This document shows, one piece after another, positions 1-9,918 of a DNA stretch of 64,000 nucleotides (its first letter is position 1; every line of letters starts with the position of its first letter). This DNA is from Candidatus Limnocylindria bacterium (GTDB taxonomy: Bacteria; Chloroflexota; Limnocylindria; Limnocylindrales; CSP1-4), in assembly GCA_046566045.1 (NCBI GenBank), contig JBKHXL010000066.1, positions 26,985 through 90,984 on the forward strand. Reading direction: 5' to 3'. Below the pieces are notes generated by a model, which was not told the DNA's origin, searched no databases, and saw only the letters and a list, made by a program, of their open reading frames with translations. Made by a program: the position numbers and the translations under genes.

Positions 1-131
1 ACTGCCCCATCTGCGACGAGCCGGCGCTCGTCGAGGCGGCCCTGGCCGCCGTCGAGTGCGAGGCTTGCGGCCGCCTGGAGCTGGCTGCGGACCTCGCCAC
101 CGACCGAACCGAGCTCGCCGTCGCCGCCTGA
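1..131 (+). CDS. 3' end of a small zinc-ribbon-type protein (partial, start outside window)
   Basis: The in-frame reading is CPICDEPALVEAALAAVECEACGRLELAADL...AVAA*, with two CxxC pairs and TGA at 129-131. No family assignment is possible. Confidence 0.3.
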   Translation, partial: CPICDEPALVEAALAAVECEACGRLELAADLATDRTELAVAA

Positions 132-211
132 TGCCGGGCGCGGGTAACGGCCTTGACTTCGGGTCGCGTCCCGACCGCCCCCGGCGGCGCCGGCCCACCT
201 ACGATGTGCGC

Positions 212-898
212 ATGGACGACCACAGCGCCGCCGGGGCGCTCATCGATGCCGGGCGCCGCCTGGGCGCTCGCGGCCTGATCTCGGCCGGTGAGGGCAACCT
301 GTCCGTCCGGCTCGATCGGGACCGGATCCTGGTCACCCCGACGGGAGCGCGCAAGGACGACCTGACCGAGGACGACCTTGTCGTGATCCGGCCCGCGCAC
401 GCACCCCGGGAGGCTCGCTCGCCGGCGGGACTCGGGCCCACCTCGGACCTCGCCATCCACCTGGCCATCCACGCCGCGCGGCCGGACATCGGCGCCGTGG
501 CCCATGCGCACCTGCCGGCCTCGATGGCGCTGACGCTGGCGGGCGAGGTCCCCGATCCGGTCGCCCTCCCGGAGACCGCGCTGCTGCTGCCCCGTCTGCC
601 GTTTGTGTCGTTCGGCGAGATGGGCGGCGACGAGCTGGCGGCCCGGATCGCCGCCGCGCTGACGGAGCCACCCGAGCCACTGCCTCGCGCCGTCCTCCTC
701 GAGCGGCACGGGGCCGTGGCGATCGGCGACGGCCCGGCCCAGGCGGTCGACCGGCTGGAGCTGATCGAGGTCCTGTGCCGCACCTGGCGCGATGCGCTCC
801 TGCTTCGGGCGGCGCGCGGCGCGGTCGGCCCGGCCGCTATCCTCGGGATGCCCATGGACGCTGCGGCGTCGCAACGCGATGCATCGGAGGGATCATGA
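212..898 (+). CDS. class II aldolase/adducin-domain protein (FucA/MtnB-like)
   Basis: ORF 56-898, with the start moved to the internal ATG at 212 (MDDHSAAG). GEGNLSVRL...ILVTPTG and the His-rich HLAIHAARPDIGAVAHAHLPAS are typical of the class II aldolase fold. The stop overlaps the next gene's start (ATGA). Confidence 0.8.
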   Translation: MDDHSAAGALIDAGRRLGARGLISAGEGNLSVRLDRDRILVTPTGARKDDLTEDDLVVIRPAHAPREARSPAGLGPTSDLAIHLAIHAARPDIGAVAHAHLPASMALTLAGEVPDPVALPETALLLPRLPFVSFGEMGGDELAARIAAALTEPPEPLPRAVLLERHGAVAIGDGPAQAVDRLELIEVLCRTWRDALLLRAARGAVGPAAILGMPMDAAASQRDASEGS

Positions 899-1593
899 AC
901 ACGCGCGCCTACGTCGCCGAGCTGCTCGGGACGTTCCTGTTCTTCGGGATCGGCTACCTGTCGGTCGCGGCCTTCGGCGGGACCGCGGGCGTGCCCGGCC
1001 TGCTCGTCGTGCCGTTCTCGTTCGGCTTCGGCCTGCTGGCCGCGATCTTCGCGTTCGGCCACGTGTCCGGCGGCCACTTCAATCCCGCGGTCACGATCGC
1101 CGCGGTCATCGACGGGCGGACGTCGGTGCAGGACGCCGCCGGCTACATCGTCGCCCAGGTCGTCGGCGCCATCGCGGCCGGCCTGTTCGTCCTGATCGCC
1201 ATCTCCCAGGACGCGGTCGCGGCCGGCACGACCCTGCCCGGCGATGGCGTGTCGGAGATCGGCGCCCTGATCATCGAGATCGTCCTGGCGGCCGGCTTCA
1301 TCGTCGTCATCCTCGCCGCCACCACGCACGCGCGTGCCCTCGCCCCGCTGGCCATCCCGCTCGCGCTCGTGGCCATCCACTTCGCGGCGGCGACGCTGTC
1401 CGGCGCGAGCGTCAACCCGGCCCGCTCGCTCGGCTCGGCCCTGGTCGGAGGGAACCTCGACTCGATCTGGATCTATCTCGTCGGCCCGACGATCGGTGGC
1501 GTGCTCGGCGCGCTCGTCTACCGGTTCGCGGCGTCCGAGGCGATGGAGCCGAGCGGGCCGACGGAGGCCCCGGCCGGCGGATCCGCCGCCTGA
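895..1593 (+). CDS. aquaporin / MIP-family channel
   Basis: Two NPA boxes (GGHFNPAVT, GASVNPARS) and a six-helix hydrophobic pattern. ATG at 895 lies inside ORF 775-1593. Confidence 0.9.
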   Translation: MNTRAYVAELLGTFLFFGIGYLSVAAFGGTAGVPGLLVVPFSFGFGLLAAIFAFGHVSGGHFNPAVTIAAVIDGRTSVQDAAGYIVAQVVGAIAAGLFVLIAISQDAVAAGTTLPGDGVSEIGALIIEIVLAAGFIVVILAATTHARALAPLAIPLALVAIHFAAATLSGASVNPARSLGSALVGGNLDSIWIYLVGPTIGGVLGALVYRFAASEAMEPSGPTEAPAGGSAA

Positions 1594-2651
1594 GGCGCGT
1601 CGCGCGGGTCCCCGGGCGCCCCACCCGCGACCGGGGCGGCCGCCCCCCGCGCACCGGGTTCGGCCAGCCAGCACGCCGCTGCCTGGCCGCCCCCGACATC
1701 GAACAGGGGTGGCGCTTCCTTCGTGCACCGGTCGAACGCGACCGGACAGCGCGGATGGAATCGGCACCCGGTCGGGATGTGGGCCGCGTCGGGGGTCTCG
1801 CCCTCGAGGATCGTCCGCTGCGCTCGCTCGCCGGGCGTCGGCGGATCCGGTGATGGCGAGACCGACACGAGGGCCTGCGTGTACGGGTTGCGCGGCGAGC
1901 GGATGACCTGCTCGGACGGCCCGATCTCCATGATCCGGCCGAGGTACATGACCGCGATGCGGTCGGCGATGACCCAGGCCAGCGACAGGTCGTGGGTGAT
2001 GAACAGGTAGGTCAGGCCGCGCTCCTTGCGCAGGTCGAGCATCAGCCGCAGCAGCTCGGTCCGGATCGACACGTCGAGCATGGAGACGGGCTCGTCGGCC
2101 ACGATCAGGTCGGGATCCATGACCAGGGCGCCGGCGATGACGACGCGCTGGCGCTGCCCGCCGGACAGCTCGTGCGGGTAGCGCAGGGCGTACTCGGCGG
2201 CCGGGCGCAGGCCGGCCGCATCGAGGGCCTCGAGCACCCGGCGATCGCGCTCCTCGCGGCTGAGCCGGTCGCCGACCGACAACGGCTCGGCCACGAAGTC
2301 GTAGATCGTCTGCTTGGGATTGAGCGTCTCGTACGGGTCCTGGAAGATCATCTGGACACGCTTGCGGTAGGCCCGCAGGGCGCGCGTCCCCCACAGCGTG
2401 CTGACGTCCTCGCCGGCGAACGTGATCCGGCCCGCGGTCTGGCGGGTGAGCTTGACGATGACCCGGCCGGCCGTGGTCTTGCCGCTCCCCGACTCGCCCA
2501 CCAGCGCGAGCACCTCGCCGGCCTCGAGCGTGAGGTCGATGCCGTCCACGGCCCGGACGAATCCAGCGGGACGGCGGGTGATGCTGTCGACGAGCCCGCC
2601 GCGAACGGGGAAGTGGACCTCGAGTCCCTCGATGCGGAGCAGCTCGCTCAT
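1518..2651 (-). CDS. oligopeptide/dipeptide ABC transporter ATP-binding protein (OppF/DppF type)
   Basis: Walker A GESGSGKTT, signature LSGGQRQR, Walker B LIVADEP, and the C-terminal oligopeptide-type Cys cluster CRFHPRCP. Start is [10 protein letters not shown] at 2651, overlapping the upstream stop (ATGA). Confidence 0.9.
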   Translation of the reverse strand: MSELLRIEGLEVHFPVRGGLVDSITRRPAGFVRAVDGIDLTLEAGEVLALVGESGSGKTTAGRVIVKLTRQTAGRITFAGEDVSTLWGTRALRAYRKRVQMIFQDPYETLNPKQTIYDFVAEPLSVGDRLSREERDRRVLEALDAAGLRPAAEYALRYPHELSGGQRQRVVIAGALVMDPDLIVADEPVSMLDVSIRTELLRLMLDLRKERGLTYLFITHDLSLAWVIADRIAVMYLGRIMEIGPSEQVIRSPRNPYTQALVSVSPSPDPPTPGERAQRTILEGETPDAAHIPTGCRFHPRCPVAFDRCTKEAPPLFDVGGGQAAACWLAEPGARGAAAPVAGGAPGDPRDAPQAADPPAGASVGPLGSIASDAANR

Positions 2652-3805
2652 CGGACCACCCTGTCCAGTGCCACGACCTCGGTGGCGCCGTCCGCGCCCG
2701 GCGGGTAGAGGTGGCAGGCCACGCGCACGCCGTCGTCGAAGCGGACCTCCGGCGGGACCGTCTCGCTGCACACCGGCATGACCGCCGGGCAGCGCGCCGC
2801 GAAGGCGCAGCCGGGCGGCGGATGGCGCAGGTCCGGAGGCGTGCCGGGGATGACGTCGAGCGTCCGCCGGTCGGCCCGGATGTTGGGGAAGGCCGACACG
2901 AGCTTCTGCGTGTACGGGTGCCGCGGCGCGTTGAAGACCCGGTGCACCGGGCCCTCCTCGGCGACCATGCCGGCGTACATCACGAGCACCCGGTCGCACG
3001 TCTCGGCCAGCACCGACAGGTCGTGGGTGATGAGGATGAGCGACAGGCCGAGCTCGTGGCGGAGCTGCTCGAGCAGCTGCAGGATCTGGGCCTGGACCAT
3101 GACATCGAGGGCCGTCGTCGGCTCGTCGCCGATGACCACGGCCGGGTCGCAGGCGAGGGCCATCGCGATCATCGCCCGCTGGCGCATCCCGCCCGACAGC
3201 TCGTGCGGGTAGGCCGACCCGCGCTTGCGCGGGATGCCGACGAGCTCGAGCAGGTCGCCCGCCCGCTTGCGCGAGCTCGACCGGTCGAGGCCCAGGCGCA
3301 GCTCGACCGGCTCGGCGATCTGGTCGCGCACCCGCTGGACCGGGTTGAGCGCGTTCATCGCGCCCTGGAAGACGATGGCGATCTCGCGCCAGCGGTAGCG
3401 CTCCAGCTGGCGCTCGGTCTTGGGCACGAGGTCGATGCCATACAGGTTCACCGACCCGCCGGCGATCCGCGCGTTCGACGGCAGCAGGCCGACCAGTGAG
3501 AGGGCCGTGGTGGTCTTGCCGCAGCCGGATTCGCCGGCGATCCCGAGCGCTTCCCCGTCGTCCAGCGCGAAGTCCACGCCGCGGACGGCCTGGACGGTCC
3601 CGTTGGGCAGGCTGAAGTGGACCTTGAGGTCGTGCACCTCGAGCAGGCGCGCCCCCGGATCGGCCTGCTTCGGCAGCGGCCACTGGCGTCGCCCCCGGAC
3701 GGTCGTGCGCTCGGCCGCGGCAGCGGCTTCGGCGACTGCCGCCTCGTCGGTCAGCGCCGTGCTGCCACCCCGGGCGGTGCGGTCCATCGGGTCCGTGGCG
3801 GTCAT
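2648..3805 (-). CDS. oligopeptide/dipeptide ABC transporter ATP-binding protein (OppD/DppD type)
   Basis: [24 protein letters not shown]. Start is MTATDPMD at 3805, overlapping the permease stop by 4 nt. Confidence 0.9.
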   Translation of the reverse strand: MTATDPMDRTARGGSTALTDEAAVAEAAAAAERTTVRGRRQWPLPKQADPGARLLEVHDLKVHFSLPNGTVQAVRGVDFALDDGEALGIAGESGCGKTTTALSLVGLLPSNARIAGGSVNLYGIDLVPKTERQLERYRWREIAIVFQGAMNALNPVQRVRDQIAEPVELRLGLDRSSSRKRAGDLLELVGIPRKRGSAYPHELSGGMRQRAMIAMALACDPAVVIGDEPTTALDVMVQAQILQLLEQLRHELGLSLILITHDLSVLAETCDRVLVMYAGMVAEEGPVHRVFNAPRHPYTQKLVSAFPNIRADRRTLDVIPGTPPDLRHPPPGCAFAARCPAVMPVCSETVPPEVRFDDGVRVACHLYPPGADGATEVVALDRVVR

Positions 3806-4752
3806 CGGCGTCCACGCAGCTTCGGATTGAGGATGTCGTCGAGGGCGCCCCCGACCAGCGTGAACGCGAGCACCACCAGCACGATCGCCACGCCGGGCGG
3901 GGCGATGACCCACCACGCTCCGAGGCTCGCGGCGCCGTCCGACTGCGCCTGGTTGAGCAGCTGACCCCAGGACGGCTGGAACGGATCGCCCAGGCCGATG
4001 AACGACAACGTGGTCTCGGTCAGGACCGCGCCGGCGAAGGTCAGGACGGTGTTGGCCACGATGAGGTTGACCACGTTCGGCAGGATGTGCCGTCGCATGA
4101 TCCAGCCGGAGCCCGCCCCGACGACGCGCGACCGGTCCACGAAGGCGCGCTCCCGCAGCGACAGCGTCTGGCTGCGGATGATCCGGGCGGTCGACGCCCA
4201 CGACGTGATGCCGATGACGATGACGATGACGACGAGGGTCACGCGCATCCCCAGGAACTCCGCCTGGGAGCCGATGAGCTCGATGAGGATCGGGGCCAGG
4301 ATGAGCGCCAGCACGAACGTCGGCAGGACCAGGAAGAAGTCGGTCAGGCGCATCAGGACCGTGTCCACCATCCCGCCGAGGAAGCCGCTGACGATCCCGA
4401 TGACGGCTCCGATGAAGACCGTGATGACCGTGGCCAGCAGGCCGATGATCATCGACACGCGCGTGCCGTGGATGGTCAGGTTGAGGACGTCGCGACCCTG
4501 CCGGTCCGTGCCGAACAGGTGCAGCCCGGACGGCGAGTCGAAGCGCTGGCCCGAGGCCGACACGACCGTCTCGAGCGGACCCGCGATCAGATCCGGCGCG
4601 ATCGCCAGCACCGTGAAGACGATCAGGATGATGCCCCCGACGAGGCCGTCGCGCCGACCGGCGATGCCGGCCAGCCCCGACCCCATCCGGGCGAGCTGGT
4701 CGCGGATGCGCCGACGCCGGATCTGCCCGCCCAGGACCTGTCCCGCGGTCAC
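3802..4752 (-). CDS. peptide ABC transporter permease (DppC/OppC type)
   Basis: Polytopic hydrophobic profile and an EAA-like loop (LSLRERAFVDRSRVVGAGSGWIMRRHILPN). GTG start at 4752 overlaps the upstream stop (GTGA). Confidence 0.85.
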   Translation of the reverse strand: MTAGQVLGGQIRRRRIRDQLARMGSGLAGIAGRRDGLVGGIILIVFTVLAIAPDLIAGPLETVVSASGQRFDSPSGLHLFGTDRQGRDVLNLTIHGTRVSMIIGLLATVITVFIGAVIGIVSGFLGGMVDTVLMRLTDFFLVLPTFVLALILAPILIELIGSQAEFLGMRVTLVVIVIVIGITSWASTARIIRSQTLSLRERAFVDRSRVVGAGSGWIMRRHILPNVVNLIVANTVLTFAGAVLTETTLSFIGLGDPFQPSWGQLLNQAQSDGAASLGAWWVIAPPGVAIVLVVLAFTLVGGALDDILNPKLRGRR

Positions 4753-5723
4753 GTCCGGACCCTCGGGTCGAGCAGGCTGTAGACCAGGTCGGCCAGCAGG
4801 TTGGCCACGACGACCGACACCGCCAGGAGCAGGAAGATGCCCTGCAGGACCGGGTAATCGCGCGCCGACAGGGCGTCGACCGTGAGCGTCCCGATGCCGG
4901 GCCAGTTGAACACGACCTCGGCGGTGATCGCCCCGGCGATGACGTAGCCGAACTGGATGGCCACGATGGTCACGGCCGGCAGCATCGCGTTGGGCAGGGC
5001 GTGCGTGCGCAGGATGCGCCCGTCGCGCAGGCCCTTGGCCCGGGCCGTCTGGACATAGTCCTCCGACAGCGTCTCGATGATCGATGAGCGCATCAGGATC
5101 GAGTACAGCCCGATGAGGCCCAGCGACACGGTCGCCAGCGGCAGGACGAGGTGGTGCCCGAAATCGAGCAACTGGTCGGTGAAGGACGCGAACTGCCGCC
5201 CCGGGGTGAGCATCCCGAAGGTCGGGAACCAGCCGAGCGTCGAGGCGAAGATGACCAGCAGGAACATGCCCAGCACGAAGTACGGCGTCGAGTACAGCAC
5301 GAGCGACACGCCGTTGCCGATGTAGTCGACCGGCCCGCCGCGTCGCCAACCCGCGTACGCCCCGAGGCCCATGCCGACGACGATGGCGATGATCTCGCCC
5401 AGCCCGAACAGGATGATCGTCGGCCAGATGCGGCTGCCGATGACCTCCGTGACCGGCTGGCCACGGTACTTGTACGACAGCCCGAAGTCGCCCTGCGCCG
5501 TGCTCCCGATGAAGGCCACGAGCTGGTCCGGGATGAGCGGCTTGTCGAGGCCCCACTTGGCGCGCAGGTCGGCCTTGACCTCGGCCGAGATGTTGGGGTT
5601 CCGGGTCAGGATGCGCTCGGGTGAACCCGGCATCATCCGGAACAGGATGAAGTTCAGGACGACGATGAACAGGATCGTGAAGAGGGCCTGGACCAGGCGC
5701 CGGGCGAGGAATCCCGACCCCAT
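4749..5723 (-). CDS. peptide ABC transporter permease (DppB/OppB type)
   Basis: N-terminus LARRLVQALFTILFIVVLNFILFRMMPG is typical of the family. EAA loop YVQTARAKGLRDGRILRTHALPNA. Confidence 0.9.
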   Translation of the reverse strand: MGSGFLARRLVQALFTILFIVVLNFILFRMMPGSPERILTRNPNISAEVKADLRAKWGLDKPLIPDQLVAFIGSTAQGDFGLSYKYRGQPVTEVIGSRIWPTIILFGLGEIIAIVVGMGLGAYAGWRRGGPVDYIGNGVSLVLYSTPYFVLGMFLLVIFASTLGWFPTFGMLTPGRQFASFTDQLLDFGHHLVLPLATVSLGLIGLYSILMRSSIIETLSEDYVQTARAKGLRDGRILRTHALPNAMLPAVTIVAIQFGYVIAGAITAEVVFNWPGIGTLTVDALSARDYPVLQGIFLLLAVSVVVANLLADLVYSLLDPRVRT

Positions 5724-5809
5724 GGTCGCGGGCCGATCAGCGGGCGGGGGTCGCGGTCACGCGACCCCCGCGAGGGCACGTCATGGCGGTGCGGGTCGGG
5801 ACCCGCTCG

Positions 5810-7705
5810 TCACTCGTCCCCCAGGGCGGCGCTCCGGCGCCGCCGGACCAGCACGAGTCCCACGACGGCCAGGATCACCACGGCGATGACGACGATGAGC
5901 AGCGGGGTGCTGTCCCCCGTCGTGCCCGGCGTCGTCGGTTCGGCCGACGGCGCGGCCGTCGGCGCGGTCCCGTCGGTGGCTGCCGGGGTGGCGCTGGGTT
6001 CCGCGCTCCCGGCGAGCTGGAGCTGGGTGTAGCCGTACGGCCCGTAGCCGAACAGCGGCGTGCCCTCGTCCGGCTGGTTCACCCAGTTGGTGAAGCGGTC
6101 CGAGCGGTACGCGTGCAGGGCGGCGTCGTAGTACAGGATGTGGTACGGCGCCTCGTCGTAGAAGATCTGCTGCATCTCGTCGATGGCGGCCTTGCGGGCC
6201 TCCGGCGTCGTGGCCTCGTTCTGCTCGACGAACAGCTCGTCGTAGCGCGGGTTGCAGTACAGGCTGTCGCTCGATCCGCCGATCTGGTCGCAGGTCAGGA
6301 TCTCGAGCAGCGAGTTCGGGTCGACATCACCGGCCCAGCCCCAGATGAACAGGTCGTAGTCGGCCTTGTAGTCGGCCTCCGGATCGGCTTCCGGCGGCAG
6401 CATCAGGTCGATCAGCGTGTCGGAGTCGTACTGGGCCGAGTTGACCGAGATGCCGAGGTCAGCCCACCACGTGGTGATGAACTCGGCCGAGGTCGCGTAC
6501 GTCGTGTCCGAGTCAGGGAAGACGAGGTCGAGGACGATCGGGTTGCCCTCCTTGTCGAGGCGACGACCCTGGCCGTCGAGCACGTAGCCGGCGGCCTCGA
6601 GCTTCTGGGCGGCCATGGCCAGGTCGAACGTGCGCGGGGAGGCCGGCGGCGTGTGCCACTTCGTCTGGAACGGCGGGACCTGGGTGGTGCCCACCTCGCC
6701 GTAGCCGCCCAGCACGCGGTCGACCAGGAGCTCCTTGTCGATGGCGTAGCCGAGGGCGTCGCGGAAGGCGGCGTCGGCCAGCGCGGGCGTCGACGGTCCG
6801 CCGCCCTCGATGGTCCTGCCGGTCGTGCCGTAGGCGTTGAAGCCCAGCTCCGTGAAGCCGTTGGCGGTGCCGGCCACGGTCGTGATGGCCGGGTCGGAGG
6901 CGAGCTGGTCGAACTGGTCGGACAGCAGGTTCTGGGCGTAGTCGAGCTCACCGTTGCGGAGCGCCTGCGCCATGGTGTCCTCGGTCTCGAAGAACTGCAT
7001 GACGATCTCGTCGGCGGCGAGCTCGGTGCGGAAGTTGGGGTTCTTGGTGAAGCGCACGAACTGGCCGGTCTGCCACTCCTGCGCCTGGTACGGGCCGGAC
7101 CCGACGATCGGCGGGTCGAACTGGTCGTCGCAGATGGTCGCGGCCTTGTCCGCCCAGATGTGGGCCGGGATGATCGGCACGTAGGTGGACAGGATCCGGT
7201 CGTTCGGCCGGTCGAGCGTGACCACCAGCGTCTGCGGATCGGGCGCGCTCACGGCGCTGACCGCCGCGTTCGTCAGGTACGGGTCGATGTAGCCGAGGCA
7301 CAGCGCCCCGGCGTCGGAGGCGACGGCGTCGAGGAGCAGCTGGAGCGAGAACCGGGCGTCCTCGGACGTCGCCGGGGTGCCGTCGCTCCACAGCTTGTCG
7401 GCGGCGATCTTGAACGTGTACTCGTCGCCGGCGTCATTGGCCGTCCACGAATCCACGAAGCCCGGCACGGGCTCGAGCTGCTGGCCGAAGCCGACGAGCA
7501 GCTCGTAGTTCAGGGTGAAGACCTCGAACCCGACCACCAGCGCGGTCTGGTACGGGTTCATCGAATCCAGGTCCTGGCCCGTGCCCACGCGGAGCACGTT
7601 CGAGGTCTGCGCCGTCGCCGTCCCGGCGACCGGGATCAACAGGGCGGCCACCAGGCCGATGGCGGTCAGGGTGCGGCCCATCCGGGCTCGCGGGGATGAT
7701 CGCAT
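5810..7705 (-). CDS. ABC transporter substrate-binding protein, family 5 (peptide/nickel type) with C-terminal membrane anchor
   Basis: ATG at 7705 is preceded by GAGGAGG-n5. Signal-like N-terminus LTAIGLVAALLIPVAGTATAQ without a lipobox Cys. SBP_bac_5-like body. The C-terminus has a Thr/Pro/Ala linker, a hydrophobic helix and RRRR. Confidence 0.85.
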   Translation of the reverse strand: MRSSPRARMGRTLTAIGLVAALLIPVAGTATAQTSNVLRVGTGQDLDSMNPYQTALVVGFEVFTLNYELLVGFGQQLEPVPGFVDSWTANDAGDEYTFKIAADKLWSDGTPATSEDARFSLQLLLDAVASDAGALCLGYIDPYLTNAAVSAVSAPDPQTLVVTLDRPNDRILSTYVPIIPAHIWADKAATICDDQFDPPIVGSGPYQAQEWQTGQFVRFTKNPNFRTELAADEIVMQFFETEDTMAQALRNGELDYAQNLLSDQFDQLASDPAITTVAGTANGFTELGFNAYGTTGRTIEGGGPSTPALADAAFRDALGYAIDKELLVDRVLGGYGEVGTTQVPPFQTKWHTPPASPRTFDLAMAAQKLEAAGYVLDGQGRRLDKEGNPIVLDLVFPDSDTTYATSAEFITTWWADLGISVNSAQYDSDTLIDLMLPPEADPEADYKADYDLFIWGWAGDVDPNSLLEILTCDQIGGSSDSLYCNPRYDELFVEQNEATTPEARKAAIDEMQQIFYDEAPYHILYYDAALHAYRSDRFTNWVNQPDEGTPLFGYGPYGYTQLQLAGSAEPSATPAATDGTAPTAAPSAEPTTPGTTGDSTPLLIVVIAVVILAVVGLVLVRRRRSAALGDE

Positions 7706-7872
7706 CGATTCCTCCTCGTGCGGGCCCATGGGTCCTCCCCGGGCCTCCGGGATCGCCCCCCTCGGCCGATCCGCGCTCGACCCTTTCGGGCCGGGCTGTC
7801 GGGTACCTTGGCACACGCGCGCGGCCGGTGCAATTCGGGGCTCGCACCGTGCGCCCCGATCGAGGTCGGCGG

Positions 7873-9072
7873 TCAGATCATCCAGGACGTCGCGGGGTCG
7901 TCCTCGAGCAGGATCGGCCGGTCGATGCGGAACGCCCCGAGCTCGCCATCGCTCGGCGACGCCCCATCGAGGCTCAGCTCCACGAGGATGCGCCCGAGCA
8001 CGCTGGCGTACTTGAACGCGTGGGCGGCACCGAGCCCGACCACCACGCCGGGCGCCTCCGGCAGGCGGTCCACCACGAAGTCCCGGTCCGGGGTCAGGGT
8101 GTACAGGCAGGTCCGGGTCAGGATCGGCGGCCCGACGCTGCCCGGCAGGTGCTCAGCCAGGAAGGCGCCGACCCGGGCGAACGCCGCGGGGTCGGGCTCG
8201 AAGTCGCGCGTCGCGGGCGTCGTCGGCTGCCCGCCACAGTCCTGGGCCGCCTTGGGCCCGGCCTCGCCGTACGTCGGGAAGCCGTAGAACGACGGGTCGT
8301 CCATCCAGATCCAGACGGGAAAGCGGTCGGGCGCGAAGGCCTGCGGGTCGGGCGCGGCGTAGTACGTCACCTGCTCCTTGGTGATGGTCAGGGGCAGGCG
8401 ACGCCCGAACGGCGCGAGGAGGTCGTTGGTCCAGGCATCGGCCGTGACGATCACCCGACCGGCGCCGAGCGTGCGCCCGCCGGCATCCACCTCGTACGCG
8501 CCACCGGCGACCGCCCGGATGGCCGTCACGGGCATGTCGCCGAGGAGCGTGGCGCCGCGCCTCGTGGCCGAGCCCCGGTGGGCGGCGTTGCCCCGGAACG
8601 GGTCGGCCAGGCCGCCCTGCGGCTGGTACATCGACACGACGTCGTCGTCGAGCCGCCACTGCGGCCAGCGGCGCATGGTCTCGGCGGCGTCGAGGACCTC
8701 GAACGGGACGTCCTCGGCGGTCAGGCTGCCGGTGTAGTCGGCCATCGGGATGGCCGGGTCGGCCGGCCACAGGTCGAGGCCGCCCGTGATGGTGACGATG
8801 GGCGGTCCACCCGCCTCGGCCTGGACCTCCGCCCAGGTCGCGTAGGCGCGTTTCGCCAGGCGCACGTACTCGGGTCGGTGATAGGACAGGCGGATGATCC
8901 GGCTGTGGTCGGCCGAGGCGCCGTTGGCGTGGCCGATCCCGTAGCGCTCGAGCCCGAGGACGCGCACGCCGCGCCGGGTCGAGGCCCAGTAGGCGGCTCC
9001 CGACCCAAGGGCGCCCAGGCCGACGACGATGACGTCCCAGTCGGTGCGGTCGAGGGCGGTCGCGTCGGTCAC
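7873..9072 (-). CDS. FAD-dependent oxidoreductase, monomeric sarcosine oxidase / N-methyltryptophan oxidase-like
   Basis: DWDVIVVGLGALGSGAAYW dinucleotide-binding motif, and GLGAAHAFKYASVLG near the C-terminus as in the MSOX family. The start (GTG 9072) is uncertain. Confidence 0.8.
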   Translation of the reverse strand: MTDATALDRTDWDVIVVGLGALGSGAAYWASTRRGVRVLGLERYGIGHANGASADHSRIIRLSYHRPEYVRLAKRAYATWAEVQAEAGGPPIVTITGGLDLWPADPAIPMADYTGSLTAEDVPFEVLDAAETMRRWPQWRLDDDVVSMYQPQGGLADPFRGNAAHRGSATRRGATLLGDMPVTAIRAVAGGAYEVDAGGRTLGAGRVIVTADAWTNDLLAPFGRRLPLTITKEQVTYYAAPDPQAFAPDRFPVWIWMDDPSFYGFPTYGEAGPKAAQDCGGQPTTPATRDFEPDPAAFARVGAFLAEHLPGSVGPPILTRTCLYTLTPDRDFVVDRLPEAPGVVVGLGAAHAFKYASVLGRILVELSLDGASPSDGELGAFRIDRPILLEDDPATSWMI

Positions 9073-9229
9073 CGCGCGATGGTAGGGGCCGGCCCCGGCC
9101 GACCGCGCTCCCGTCGCGCGGCCCGCGTCGAGGGCCACCGGTCGTGCGCCCACGTCCACGGTCCCGGCAGCCGGAGCCGGCCGGACCGTGGGGCCCGATG
9201 AACACGCGCAGGGACGTGGAGACCCGCGC

Positions 9230-9859
9230 TCACGCCGCGTCACCGGTGTCCGACGGCGTCCGTCCCGTGGCCTCCGACGACGTGACCGCACCGCCGGCGA
9301 TGGCGAGCTGCCGAGCCAGGGCCACGCGCTCGATGGCGACGACGCTGAGGACGTCGTGGATCGTGCCGTCGAGGGTCATCCCGAGGGCCTCGGCGAAGGG
9401 CACCCAGCGCAGCTCGAGCGACTCGCTCGGCTCGGGCGAGGCCGGGCCGTGGGTCAGGCCGGTGGCCAGGAACAGGACCGCCCGCTCGTCGGTGATGGAG
9501 TTGGACAGGGTCAGGCGGGCCAGCTCCACCCAGCGCGACGCCTCGAGGCCGGTCTCCTCGCGCAGCTCCCGCTGCGCCCCCTCGAGGGCGGACTCCCCCG
9601 CCGGGACGCCGCCCTCCGGGATCTCCCAGCTGACCTCGTCGAGCGGGTAGCGGTGCTGGCCGACGAGCACGGTCCGGTCCTGCTCGTCGAGGGCGATGAC
9701 CCCGACCGCGAGGTTGGCGAAGTGGACGACCCCGTAGATGCCGTCGCTGCCGTCGGGCCGCACGACCTCGTCGTGCCAGACGGTCAGCCACGGGTTCTCG
9801 TACGCGGTGCGGCGGGAGCGCCGCTCGAGGCGGCGCGGGTCGGCGTCCATCGCCGCCAT
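9230..9859 (-). CDS. NUDIX hydrolase (ADP-ribose pyrophosphatase-like)
   Basis: Nudix box GGVPAGESALEGAQRELREETGL. Start is MAAMDADP at 9859. Confidence 0.85.
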   Translation of the reverse strand: MAAMDADPRRLERRSRRTAYENPWLTVWHDEVVRPDGSDGIYGVVHFANLAVGVIALDEQDRTVLVGQHRYPLDEVSWEIPEGGVPAGESALEGAQRELREETGLEASRWVELARLTLSNSITDERAVLFLATGLTHGPASPEPSESLELRWVPFAEALGMTLDGTIHDVLSVVAIERVALARQLAIAGGAVTSSEATGRTPSDTGDAA

Positions 9860-9918
9860 CGTCGCATGGCGCGGTCGCCCGGGCCGCGCCGGCCGACCGG
9901 GCCCGTAGACTCGCGGGC

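Noticed and set aside
1518-1593. A 76-nt convergent overlap between the aquaporin and the OppF-type ATPase genes.
   Set aside because: The ATPase's conserved sequence ends near ...AACWLAE. The remaining ~50 codons are Ala/Gly/Pro-rich read-through into the antisense of the aquaporin gene. This is probably a non-conserved tail caused by a lack of stop codons, not a regulatory design.
199-2394. A 731-aa minus-strand ORF. Similar long ORFs include 5783-7699 (+), 9784-11784 (-), 33150-35864 (-), 23934-26579 (+) and 26152-28737 (+).
   Set aside because: All of these lie antisense or out of frame to genes with clear family motifs, and all are Arg/Pro/Gly-rich. No domains are recognisable.
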